Shown piece after piece: positions 8,067 to 16,167 of a stretch of 47,754 nucleotides of DNA; the first letter of the stretch is position 1, and every line of letters begins with the position of its first letter. Under the pieces are notes generated by a model, which saw only the letters and a list, made by a program, of their open reading frames with translations, did not search any database and was not told where the DNA came from. Origin of the DNA: Candidatus Latescibacterota bacterium (GTDB taxonomy: Bacteria > Hydrothermota > Tepidihabitantia > Tepidihabitantales > CAIPLT01); contig JAGXRL010000158.1 of assembly GCA_018335915.1 (NCBI GenBank), positions 1 through 47,754 of the forward strand, read 5' to 3'. The translations under genes were made by a program, and so were the position numbers.

Positions 8067-8106
8067 AGTTTATTAAGAAAATCTTGGCATGTCAACCCCG
8101 CACCTT
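8067..8106 (-). promoter_or_regulatory. Sigma70-like promoter for arcC; its -35 lies inside a solo copy of the GC-rich motif, and the spacing suggests a leaderless transcript
   Basis: The minus strand reads aaaaGGTGCGGGGTTGACA-tgccaagattttcttaa-TAAACT-ttatt-ATG. The -35 is at 8090-8095 and the -10 at 8067-8072, and only 5 nt separate the -10 from the start codon. Confidence 0.5.
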
Positions 8107-8202
8107 TTCTCATAAAACATAAAACTCGAAACTTGAAACATTGTTTTTTTTAAGTGTTATATGATTCATGTTTCATGGTTTTTAGAAATTGTAATTTAGA
8201 CC

Positions 8203-8231
8203 TTGACAGAATCTGATTTTATTTATATTCT
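8203..8231 (+). promoter_or_regulatory. Sigma70-like promoter (TTGACA, 17-nt spacer, TATTCT)
   Basis: ttgaca lies at 8203-8208 and tattct at 8226-8231, directly upstream of the small ORF at 8235. Confidence 0.5.
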
Positions 8232-8234
8232 GAT

Positions 8235-8384
8235 ATGATGATAAATCTCGATGACCGCAACAAACCGAGATTGATAATGCGTAAGCGTCAATTCAAACCA
8301 CCGTTAAAATGGATTGTTATCGGTGGAATGGCAATTATCTTATTAATCATTATCTTTTATTTCAAGAAATTTATTGGCCTATAA
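8235..8384 (+). CDS. Small single-pass membrane protein (49 aa), hypothetical
   Basis: This ORF is too short for the supplied ORF track. It reads MMINLDDRNKPRLIMRKRQFKPPLKWIVIGGMAIILLIIIFYFKKFIGL, a basic N-terminus plus one TM helix. It sits between a promoter and the 8407 membrane-protein gene. Confidence 0.35.
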   Translation: MMINLDDRNKPRLIMRKRQFKPPLKWIVIGGMAIILLIIIFYFKKFIGL

Positions 8385-8406
8385 TAAATAATTTTATGGA
8401 GGAAGT

Positions 8407-9537
8407 ATGACCAAGCTGCACTTTAACTACAAAGATGTGTTTCGGGCATTGCGCCTCGCCTTCTCCGCAAAAAAATTAGCAATGATGATGTGGGGATGGT
8501 TTTTGGCGATGATAGGTTATATTGCGTTTACTTATATTGCGTTCATGTCAGCTGGATGGACTTTTATCGACACCTGGCAGATATATAAAATTTTCCCAAT
8601 CCCCGATACGCTTGCCTGGTACGGCTGGATTATCTGGTTTGTCGGCGTGATTTATGCCCTCATCGTATTTCTTATTACCGGCACGGCAATTGCCAAGGTT
8701 ACTTATGAACAGCTTAAAGGAGATGACTTTTTTCAGATGACCAAGGCGTTTAAATATGCGACCGAACGGATGAAGTCTGTGGTGATGAGTCCGTTTTTAG
8801 TTGGTCTGTTCATAGCGGCAATCGCGGTCTGTGGATTGATATTGTCACTCATTGGAAAGATTCCTTATTTTGGCGAACTGTTTACCGGCATCATGATAAT
8901 TCCGGCATTTGTCGCATCTCTGTTTATTGTTTATTTATTGATAATACTTTTGTTCTCGGTTTTGTTTACGCCGGCTATTGTCGGCACGACCGGCAATGAT
9001 ACTTTTGACTCTTTGTTTGAAGTGTTTTCCATGCTTAATGAACAGCCGGCTCGATTAATCTGGTACACAGTAATTCTCGCTTTCTTGGCAAAATTTGGCG
9101 CATTGGTTTTCGCATTTTTCATCCGCATTGCATTCAATGTCGGCGCTAATATCTTAACGGTTTTCATGGGCGATAAGATGATTGTTCTGGTTGAAAACGC
9201 GGCGTCTGCTTTTCGCCTCACGATTCCGTACTGGTGCCCAGAAGCGTACGCAATTTTATGGGACCGCTTGATAAGCATCTTCTGCGGACCAATGGCATTT
9301 ATGCCGCCTTCATATCAGACAGTTAATGCAACCATGACAATCGCATCAATAATCATGGTTTTAGTATATTATGGTTTGATATTGCTGGTAGTCAGTTATG
9401 GCATGACGGTCTGGTATACAGGTACAACCTGTGCGTATCTGGTGATTACTAAAAAGAAAGACGATAAAGATTTGTTAGCACAAACAGAAGAAATCGTGAC
9501 TGCTCAGATCCCGGAACCACCACCGGTAGATAAATAG
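8407..9537 (+). CDS. Polytopic integral membrane protein, hypothetical
   Basis: 376 aa with a GGAGG Shine-Dalgarno sequence (tggaggaagtATG). About 8 or more hydrophobic helices are visible and I recognise no family motif. Confidence 0.7.
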   Translation: MTKLHFNYKDVFRALRLAFSAKKLAMMMWGWFLAMIGYIAFTYIAFMSAGWTFIDTWQIYKIFPIPDTLAWYGWIIWFVGVIYALIVFLITGTAIAKVTYEQLKGDDFFQMTKAFKYATERMKSVVMSPFLVGLFIAAIAVCGLILSLIGKIPYFGELFTGIMIIPAFVASLFIVYLLIILLFSVLFTPAIVGTTGNDTFDSLFEVFSMLNEQPARLIWYTVILAFLAKFGALVFAFFIRIAFNVGANILTVFMGDKMIVLVENAASAFRLTIPYWCPEAYAILWDRLISIFCGPMAFMPPSYQTVNATMTIASIIMVLVYYGLILLVVSYGMTVWYTGTTCAYLVITKKKDDKDLLAQTEEIVTAQIPEPPPVDK

Positions 9538-9613
9538 AAGACGATTCGGTAAGAGCAAGAAAAACAGAAAAGGGTTTTAAAACAGATAAAATTTTAGTAT
9601 AATATATATATAT

Positions 9614-10519
9614 ATGCAATCAGAGCCAATGTGCGTGCCCTGTGTAATCAAACAGTGCGAACGGATTGTCCGCGCCCTGCTAACAACAGGCACCCCGCCC
9701 ATTACGCAACTGGTATCGCAAATCCGAAATCACGCTTTAAACATGGCTGCGCAACTTAGTTTAGACGACCCGCCCAGCAAATATACTTCCCAGGTGCTGG
9801 AAAAGGTATACGAACTTTTGCAGGCAGACGACCCGTACCAAAAAATAAAACTTGAACAGAACGAAACCGGCAAAAAGATTTACCATCATTTCGCCAAAGA
9901 GATTGCCCGGGCAGCCGACCCGATTCATTTTGCAATAAGATTTGCCGCTTCAGGTAATATTATTGACGTTGGGCCATCAGAAATATATTCAGCGCACAGT
10001 GCGGCAACACCTTATTTTGAAGAGATCAATAAAATGGTTAATCAACCGCTTAAAATTGACAACTATAAAATCTTTCAGGAGAAGTTTCGCAGCGCGGAGA
10101 ATATTTTATATATTCTTGATAATGCCGGCGAGATTTATTTGGACAAGCTTTTAATCGAGCGCCTTAAAGGGCCGGCAATTACTCTGGTGGTAAAAGCTCA
10201 GCCGATTCTCAACGACGCCTTGATAGTTGATGCGCTTGAAGCCGGATTAAACAATTTTGGGAAAATAATTACGGTTAACCCGAAAAACAAGCCCCGTTAT
10301 TTGGGCGTAGATTTCTCGTGCCTGACCGACGAATTCATGCAAGCATTTGAATCAGCCGATATGGTTATTGCCAAAGGACACGCAAATTTCGAATCACTAG
10401 TTGACTGTGAACGGGATTGCTTTTTTATCCTGATGGCAAAATGTCCGGTTGTGGCGAGAAAGCTGGGCGTCGAGATTAAAGACCGGGTTTTATATTATTC
10501 GGCAAACAAAGGAGATTAG
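9614..10519 (+). CDS. DUF89 (ARMT1-like) metal-dependent phosphatase family protein
   Basis: 301 aa with an N-terminal CVPCVIKQC motif and the DNAGEI and KGHANFES motifs typical of DUF89. Confidence 0.8.
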   Translation: MQSEPMCVPCVIKQCERIVRALLTTGTPPITQLVSQIRNHALNMAAQLSLDDPPSKYTSQVLEKVYELLQADDPYQKIKLEQNETGKKIYHHFAKEIARAADPIHFAIRFAASGNIIDVGPSEIYSAHSAATPYFEEINKMVNQPLKIDNYKIFQEKFRSAENILYILDNAGEIYLDKLLIERLKGPAITLVVKAQPILNDALIVDALEAGLNNFGKIITVNPKNKPRYLGVDFSCLTDEFMQAFESADMVIAKGHANFESLVDCERDCFFILMAKCPVVARKLGVEIKDRVLYYSANKGD

Positions 10520-10542
10520 ATTATCGGGATGCAGATTTTCGA

Positions 10543-10632
10543 CAGAAACCACAAAGACACAAAAGCACGAAGGGCACAAAGATTTTCTCTTGATTTTCTC
10601 TGTGTCTCGGTGTCTCTGTGGTGTTTTTTCTG
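10543..10632. repeat. Stuttering imperfect palindrome (CACAAAGA/CACAGAGA family)
   Basis: The left arm aaccacaaagacacaaaagcacgaagggcacaaagattttctc faces the right arm gattttctctgtgtctcggtgtctctgtggtgtt. It lies between the DUF89 gene and hypC and creates a spurious N-terminal extension of the hypC ORF. Confidence 0.7.
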
Positions 10633-10661
10633 CGTTCTCTTTTCTTTGCGTGCTATCTGAT

Positions 10662-10883
10662 ATGTGTTTGGCAATACCATCGAAGATTGTTTCTAAAAAA
10701 GGCGATACCGCAGTGGTTGATGTGTACGGCGTACAAAGAGAAGCAAACCTGATGTTATGTCCTGAGGCAAAAGTCGGCGATTATATTATTATGCACGCCG
10801 GTTTCGCCATTCACATCTTAGACAAAAAAGATGCTGAAGAAACCCTGCAGATGTTTAAAGACATTGAAAATATGCAAAAGTGA
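10662..10883 (+). CDS. hypC: Hydrogenase maturation chaperone HypC/HupF family
   Basis: 73 aa starting MCLAIPSK (the invariant Cys2), with a typical HypC length and a C-terminal acidic helix. The ATG is at 10662, not the track start at 10449. Confidence 0.88.
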   Translation: MCLAIPSKIVSKKGDTAVVDVYGVQREANLMLCPEAKVGDYIIMHAGFAIHILDKKDAEETLQMFKDIENMQK

Positions 10884-11034
10884 AACCTTTTAAAGGAATT
10901 TTCGTATAATATAAGGATGAGAAAAATTATGCGTAAACAGAACGAAACGAACAATAAAAATAAACAGACCGTGCGCAAAGAGCAATTTATTGCGCAACGG
11001 CTTTTCTTGATTTAATAAAACGAAAGGAGATTGT

Positions 11035-12624
11035 ATGACCAAATCTCACAAATTACTTGTTGCGCTACTAATTCTTACCCTTAGCGCAATAATTTTACCA
11101 GTCGCAGCCGGAGACATGTGCGATGAATGCAAAAAGAATCCGGAAAAATGCAATTTAGCAACCGGTGGTATCTGTGATAATCCAGAAGGCTGTTCTGACA
11201 TTTCCAATCCCCAGCCAGACAAGAAAACAATTGCCAAAAAAGTAGTAGTATTGTCACCAGACGACAATCGCGGGTTTCTCGGCGTGTATGCACAAACCGA
11301 AGATGCCGGTGTTGTGATTGAACAGGTTATATCAGAAAGCCCAGCTGAAAAAGCAGGTATTACCAAAGGCATGATCATAACCGCGGTTAAAGGCAATAAA
11401 ATAAAAACCCGAGAAGAATTAATCGATTTGTTGAAAAATACCAGTCCGGGCGACACGGTTTTGGTTACAGTAAAATCAGACGGTAAAGAAAAATCCACCA
11501 AAGTTGTCTTGGACAAGGCGCCGAAAGCAGAATCGCGCGAGATTGAAATACAAGCTAAATGGGATGATTGTATTCACCAGGATATGAAAACAATAATGGG
11601 CAAGCACGAGGAGTGTCAAAAGCACAGTATGAAAATGAATATGAAAATGACGCCTTCTGATTGTAAAATGCATTGCCCAATGATGAAAATGCCTGAGGCG
11701 CCTCACCTAGAAGTACGCGGATTTATTGGTATCGCAACTGAAGAAGACAAGGGAAAACTGGTAATTACAAGAGTCATTCCAGAAAGCCCGGCTGAAAAAG
11801 AAGGGTTAAAACCGGGCGATATTATTCTCCAAATCAATGACATTGCAGTCGCAAAACCGGGGCAGTTGGTTGAAGTGTTAAAAACAACCAAACCGGGCGA
11901 TATAGCGCATTTAAAAATAAATTCTGCTGGACTGGAAAAAATGATGCATATTAAACTGGCTCCTTCACCGGCTCAGGCAAAAATGCCTATGCGAGAAATG
12001 AAATATCGAACGCCCCGGCGTTATACCAAACCTGGTCGCGGCGCCGTTTATTTTGGTCCAGGGGTTACCATGTTTAAGTACGGCGAATTAAACGCGCTGT
12101 TTGCGAATCAAGGATTCGACGCAATAAACAGTCGTCAGTTTACATTCGGCGGCGGCGGTTGGGGGCAGACAGGCAGAGTCAGATTGGGCGGACATGGAAT
12201 GGGCGGCGGACAAACGCTGGTTAATGATTCGGTCAGCGTCGAAGTTGGTTATGGAGTCGGATTTTTTGAAATCGGGTATTCATTAATAAATGCCAAACAT
12301 TTTATTTTTACTCCGATGCTCGGAATCGGCGGCGGCGGCCTGGGTATGAAAATCATTGCCCGATATCCCCCTGCGAGCATAGATTCGCTTTTATCATATC
12401 CAGGTGGCCAGTCACAGGTTTCAATGGGCGGACTAGCAATGTATCCTGGTCTTGCAATCGATATTCCGATTAGTTTTGTCGGGTTAAGCTTAAAAGGCGG
12501 TTATATTTGGTCGCCAATTAGCTCAGGCTGGATCCACGAAGGGTTTGGCGCAATCCGAGGACCAGATATAAATCTAAGCGGACCATTCGCATCATTCGGC
12601 ATAATGTTCGGCGGCGGAAAATAA
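11035..12624 (+). CDS. Secreted protein with two PDZ domains, a Met/His/Cys-rich linker and a Gly-rich C-terminal domain
   Basis: 529 aa with a GGAG Shine-Dalgarno sequence and a signal peptide. Two PDZ-like segments are present (SPAEKAGITKGMIITAV and SPAEKEGLKPGDIILQI). The linker reads HSMKMNMKMTPSDCKMHCPMMKMPE. The C-terminal ~200 aa are Gly-rich with alternating hydrophobic residues. Confidence 0.75.
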   Translation: MTKSHKLLVALLILTLSAIILPVAAGDMCDECKKNPEKCNLATGGICDNPEGCSDISNPQPDKKTIAKKVVVLSPDDNRGFLGVYAQTEDAGVVIEQVISESPAEKAGITKGMIITAVKGNKIKTREELIDLLKNTSPGDTVLVTVKSDGKEKSTKVVLDKAPKAESREIEIQAKWDDCIHQDMKTIMGKHEECQKHSMKMNMKMTPSDCKMHCPMMKMPEAPHLEVRGFIGIATEEDKGKLVITRVIPESPAEKEGLKPGDIILQINDIAVAKPGQLVEVLKTTKPGDIAHLKINSAGLEKMMHIKLAPSPAQAKMPMREMKYRTPRRYTKPGRGAVYFGPGVTMFKYGELNALFANQGFDAINSRQFTFGGGGWGQTGRVRLGGHGMGGGQTLVNDSVSVEVGYGVGFFEIGYSLINAKHFIFTPMLGIGGGGLGMKIIARYPPASIDSLLSYPGGQSQVSMGGLAMYPGLAIDIPISFVGLSLKGGYIWSPISSGWIHEGFGAIRGPDINLSGPFASFGIMFGGGK

Positions 12625-12643
12625 ATTATAAGAAATTTCTTAA

Positions 12644-12676
12644 CGCCGGAGTTTTTATACTCCGGCGATTTATTTT
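12644..12676 (+). terminator. Rho-independent terminator
   Basis: An 8-bp stem (cgccggag at 12644-12651, ctccggcg at 12660-12667) is followed by atttatttt, 20 nt after the stop of the PDZ gene. Confidence 0.7.
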
Positions 12677-13156
12677 AATACATCTAAAATGAAAACAAAA
12701 TGTCAACTAATCCGCATATTATTTTTAATGGATTTTTTCATCTAATCTACTAACAACCAACAACTAACATCTAAAAACTGGTTTCGATGGGGTAGGGCGT
12801 AGGGGGTCGGTCTTAAATGCGGGTGGAAAATAACAAAAGAAGCGGGAAATTAAGATAAAATATGCGCGGGTTAAAGAATCGGATTGGATTTTAAGATAAA
12901 AATATAGATGCGTTATAAGCAGATACAAGAAACAGAAAAGAGGTGTGTGCGCGGACGCATAGTCAGAACCGGATACGGATGAAAAACCGCGAAGCAAGCA
13001 GGAAACGAAGAGGGGATTAAAAATTGATTTATTTTTTGTAATTAATGGCGTTTTTTAGATAAAACACTAAGCCGTTTTTTAAATTGCGTCAAATAATAAT
13101 TGTATTATATTGAGAGCTCGGAAAAACTCGCTCTCTTGATTACCCAGATTTTGAGG

Positions 13157-13221
13157 GATTTCACAGATACCCATTTTTATTGGTTTTAATCTGTGTAATC
13201 TTGTTTTTAATCGGTGTAATC
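13157..13221. repeat. Short-period repeat/hairpin element (CACAGAT / ATCTGTG type)
   Basis: gatttcacagatac lies at 13157-13170. The direct repeats aatctgtgtaatc (13188-13200) and aatcggtgtaatc (13209-13221) partly complement it. Confidence 0.55.
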
Positions 13222-13278
13222 AGGACTTTTTCAGAAGTCTCATATTACAGCTTATATTTTGAAAATCTGTATTCTGAT

Positions 13279-13752
13279 TTATTGATTGTTCGGTTTTCTG
13301 ATTGTTAACACTGGTTGTTTTGCCAGGCGGATAACTTTTTCAGCAACCGAGCCAAATACAAAGTGTTTCCAGCCAGTCCGACCGTGCGTGGCAATAACTA
13401 CTAAATCTATTTTCTCCTTATCCGCAATATTTAATATCTGTTCTGCGGCATCGCCATAAGCAATTATTGGCACTGCTTTAATTTTCTTGGACACCGATTT
13501 TTTAAGCAGCTTTTCCAGCTCGGTTTTTGCTGACTCCTCGAGAGATTTACGATACGCAACCAAATCAATGCTTCCCGGAATGCCGGAAGTCGTAAATGCG
13601 GGCGGCGCGGACAACAACGGCACCGGCGTTACGATGTTTACGATATAAAGTTTGGCTGAATAGGATAATGCCATGTCATTGGCAATTTTTAACGCTTCAA
13701 TCGACGGAGTGCTGAAATCGGTTGGACACAGTATTTTTTTAATTTTTATCAT
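13279..13752 (-). CDS. Universal stress protein (UspA family)
   Basis: 157 aa with KKILCPTDFS at the N-terminus and the C-terminal ATP-binding-type motif DLVVIATHGRTGWKHFVFGSVAEKV. Confidence 0.85.
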   Translation of the reverse strand: MIKIKKILCPTDFSTPSIEALKIANDMALSYSAKLYIVNIVTPVPLLSAPPAFTTSGIPGSIDLVAYRKSLEESAKTELEKLLKKSVSKKIKAVPIIAYGDAAEQILNIADKEKIDLVVIATHGRTGWKHFVFGSVAEKVIRLAKQPVLTIRKPNNQ

Positions 13753-13859
13753 TTTTGCCTCCAGTCTTTTTAAACAGATTGTTATAATGTAGATTAACTC
13801 ATAGAATATAAAAAGTCAAGCGGTTTTCTAAAAGCGATGAAAGGGTAACAATATCTGTC

Positions 13860-13887
13860 TTTACAAATTTTTAAAAATCAGTATACT
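13860..13887 (+). promoter_or_regulatory. Sigma70-like promoter (TTTACA, 16-nt spacer, TATACT)
   Basis: tttaca lies at 13860-13865 and tatact at 13882-13887, upstream of the 13910 ORF. Confidence 0.4.
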
Positions 13888-13909
13888 TATTACCGATTAA
13901 TTATATATT

Positions 13910-14398
13910 ATGGCGATAAGAATATTTACGACCGGCGGAACATTTGACAAAGAATATGACGAGATAAAAGGCAGGCTGTTTTTTAAGCATACACAAGTTC
14001 CGGAAATGTTACGACTGGGACGGTCTCGGCTTAAAATCAAGATGAGTTCTTTAATGATGGTCGACAGCCTGGAAATGACACAGGCGCACCGCGAAACGAT
14101 TATTCGGCACTGCCAAAAAACACAAGAAGAACGCATTTTGATAATTCACGGCACAGACACAATGGCGAAAACCGCGCAGGTTTTGGGTAAACGGATTAGA
14201 AACAAAACAATCGTCTTGACCGGTGCGATCATTCCGTATAAATTTGGCAGTTCAGATGGATTGTTTAATTTGGGTAGTTCGCTTGCTTTTGTCCAGACCC
14301 TACCGCACGGAGTATATATTTCTATGAACGGTAAATGGTTTGTTTGGCATAATGTTAAAAAGAACAAGCAAACCGGCGAATTTGAAAAAATCAGATAA
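13910..14398 (+). CDS. Asparaginase N-terminal-domain-like protein (short, single domain)
   Basis: 162 aa with the TTGGTFDK and IIHGTDTMA motifs, which match the two threonine motifs of the L-asparaginase/GatD N-domain. No C-terminal asparaginase domain is present. Confidence 0.65.
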   Translation: MAIRIFTTGGTFDKEYDEIKGRLFFKHTQVPEMLRLGRSRLKIKMSSLMMVDSLEMTQAHRETIIRHCQKTQEERILIIHGTDTMAKTAQVLGKRIRNKTIVLTGAIIPYKFGSSDGLFNLGSSLAFVQTLPHGVYISMNGKWFVWHNVKKNKQTGEFEKIR

Positions 14399-14565
14399 CT
14401 GTACAGTATTTATAACAGAACATCTGAGAAAAAGGGCTTTTCGCTTATAATAAACCGCGCTATTTCCGGAGCAGACTCCGGAAAAAGACGCAGCTCATAA
14501 AAGGGCACGACAATTGCAGTTGTGCCCTTTACATATTAAAAACATATTAAAATGTAAGTCAAGTC

Positions 14566-14594
14566 TTGACAAAAGACATTTTTTAAGGTATAAA
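14566..14594 (+). promoter_or_regulatory. Sigma70-like promoter of the rplM cluster (TTGACA, 17-nt spacer, TATAAA)
   Basis: ttgaca lies at 14566-14571 and tataaa at 14589-14594. The rplM ATG follows 13 nt later with no Shine-Dalgarno sequence. Confidence 0.6.
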
Positions 14595-14607
14595 TATTGA
14601 TTATATT

Positions 14608-15051
14608 ATGAAAAGTTATGTTGGTAAAATAAGTGATGTAAAAAGAGAATGGTATTTGTTTGATGCGAATGGCAAGACCCTGGGTCGTTTCGCAACTAAA
14701 ATTGCCCGGGTTTTAACCGGCAAAGACAAGCCGACCTTTACTCCACACATTGACAGCGGTGATTTTGTTATTGTTGTCAATGCTGCTTCTTTTCGGGTAA
14801 CCGGCAAAAAGATGACCGATAAGTTTTATTATCGGCACTCTGGATACCCAAGTGGTTTAAAACAGACCAGTTTAAGGGATATGCTTGCCAAACATCCGAC
14901 CCGGGTTTTAGAGCTTGCCGTGAAACGGATGCTTCCCAAAAACCGGATGCAGGCACGGCGCATGAAACGGCTCATGATTTATGCAGACGCAAATCACCCG
15001 CATCAAGCACAAAAACCGATTGTTATTGAAGACTCCAAGACTAAAGGATAA
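14608..15051 (+). CDS. rplM: 50S ribosomal protein L13
   Basis: 147 aa with a typical L13 sequence (REWYLFDA.GK.LGR.A..IA..L.GK.KP.FTPH.D.GD.V.V.NA). Confidence 0.97.
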   Translation: MKSYVGKISDVKREWYLFDANGKTLGRFATKIARVLTGKDKPTFTPHIDSGDFVIVVNAASFRVTGKKMTDKFYYRHSGYPSGLKQTSLRDMLAKHPTRVLELAVKRMLPKNRMQARRMKRLMIYADANHPHQAQKPIVIEDSKTKG

Positions 15052-15058
15052 ATAAAAT

Positions 15059-15448
15059 ATGAAAGATAGTATTTTTGCGACCGGCTCAAGAAAAACCGCG
15101 ACTGCCAAAGTGTGGTTGTCTCCTGGCAAAGGCAATATCAAGATTAATAACCAGGAAGCGAAAAAATATTTGGGACGCGACGACCTGCTTGACCTGGTGG
15201 TCTCGCCGCTCAAAACCACGGGCTTAGAAGCACAATACGATGTACTGTGTAAAGTTATCGGAGGCGGAGTTTCGGCGCAGGCAGCAGCAATTGCTTTGGG
15301 CACAGCCCGAGCATTGGTACAGAAGAACGAAGAGTTACGAAAAACATTAAAAAGCGCAGGACTCTTAAAACGCGACCCGCGAGAAAAAGAACGGATGAAG
15401 TACGGTCTTGCCAAAAGAAGGAAACGCTTCCAATGGACCAAACGATAA
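15059..15448 (+). CDS. rpsI: 30S ribosomal protein S9
   Basis: 129 aa with ATGSRKTATAKVWL and the C-terminal basic tail ...KRRKRFQWTKR. It is in the conserved position after rplM. Confidence 0.97.
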   Translation: MKDSIFATGSRKTATAKVWLSPGKGNIKINNQEAKKYLGRDDLLDLVVSPLKTTGLEAQYDVLCKVIGGGVSAQAAAIALGTARALVQKNEELRKTLKSAGLLKRDPREKERMKYGLAKRRKRFQWTKR

Positions 15449-16167
15449 CGATAAAAGACTTATTAGAAGCAGGAGTTCATTTTGGGCACCGGGCCCGACG
15501 CTGGAATCCTAAAATGAAGCCGTATATTTTCGGTAAAAAGGACGATATATTTATTATTGATTTGGAAAAAACCATGGACCGCATTAAAGTTGCGGCCGAT
15601 GCGATGCGCCGGGTTGCCGAACTTGGCCAGGATGTGCTTTTTGTCGGAACCAAACAACAGGCTAAACCAATTATTGAAGAAGAAGCAAAACGGTGTGGCG
15701 CGTTTTATGTGAGTGAACGCTGGCTCGGCGGTCTTTTGACTAATTTTGAAGTCGTATCAAATCGGATTGCCCGTTTAGTTGAATTAGAGCGGATCCTCAA
15801 TGAAGGACGCACCGGTAAATATACAAAAAAAGAGACCTTGAAACTGGAACGCGAGCACAAAAAGTTAATGAAGATTTTTGCCGGAGTTAAAGAGATGGAC
15901 CGGCTGCCCGGAATAATCTATCTGGTTGATGTGGTCCGGGAAGCAACCCCATTAGCTGAAGCACGGCGGTCAAAGATTCCGGTGATTGCGATGATTGATA
16001 CCAACGGCGACCCCGAGAAAATCGATTATCCGATTCCGAGCAATGACGATGCACTGCGTTCGATAAAACTTATTACCAGTATTATGGCAAACTCAGTGCT
16101 CGAGGGTAGAAAAGGATTTGCCGACGATGTTGAAGCCGAAACCGGAACCGAGGCGACGGAACAATGA
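15433..16167 (+). CDS. rpsB: 30S ribosomal protein S2
   Basis: 244 aa containing LLEAGVHFGHRARRWNPKM. It overlaps the rpsI 3' end by 16 nt. Confidence 0.97.
   Translation: MDQTITIKDLLEAGVHFGHRARRWNPKMKPYIFGKKDDIFIIDLEKTMDRIKVAADAMRRVAELGQDVLFVGTKQQAKPIIEEEAKRCGAFYVSERWLGGLLTNFEVVSNRIARLVELERILNEGRTGKYTKKETLKLEREHKKLMKIFAGVKEMDRLPGIIYLVDVVREATPLAEARRSKIPVIAMIDTNGDPEKIDYPIPSNDDALRSIKLITSIMANSVLEGRKGFADDVEAETGTEATEQ

Noticed and set aside
10449-10661. N-terminal 71-aa extension of the hypC ORF in the ORF track
   Set aside because: It translates the stutter palindrome (TKTQKHEGHKDFLLIFSVSRCLCGVF) and overlaps the DUF89 gene end. HypC family proteins start MC..., which matches the ATG at 10662.
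10918-11016. 32-aa basic small ORF (MRKIMRKQNETNNKNKQTVRKEQFIAQRLFLI) between hypC and the PDZ gene
   Set aside because: It is very short and low-complexity, with only a weak AAGGA upstream. I cannot support it without conservation or expression data.
12764-12997. 77-aa minus-strand ORF in the convergent intergenic gap
   Set aside because: It is the pyrimidine-rich complement of a purine-skewed low-complexity stretch, and nothing supports a start site. I treat it as non-coding.
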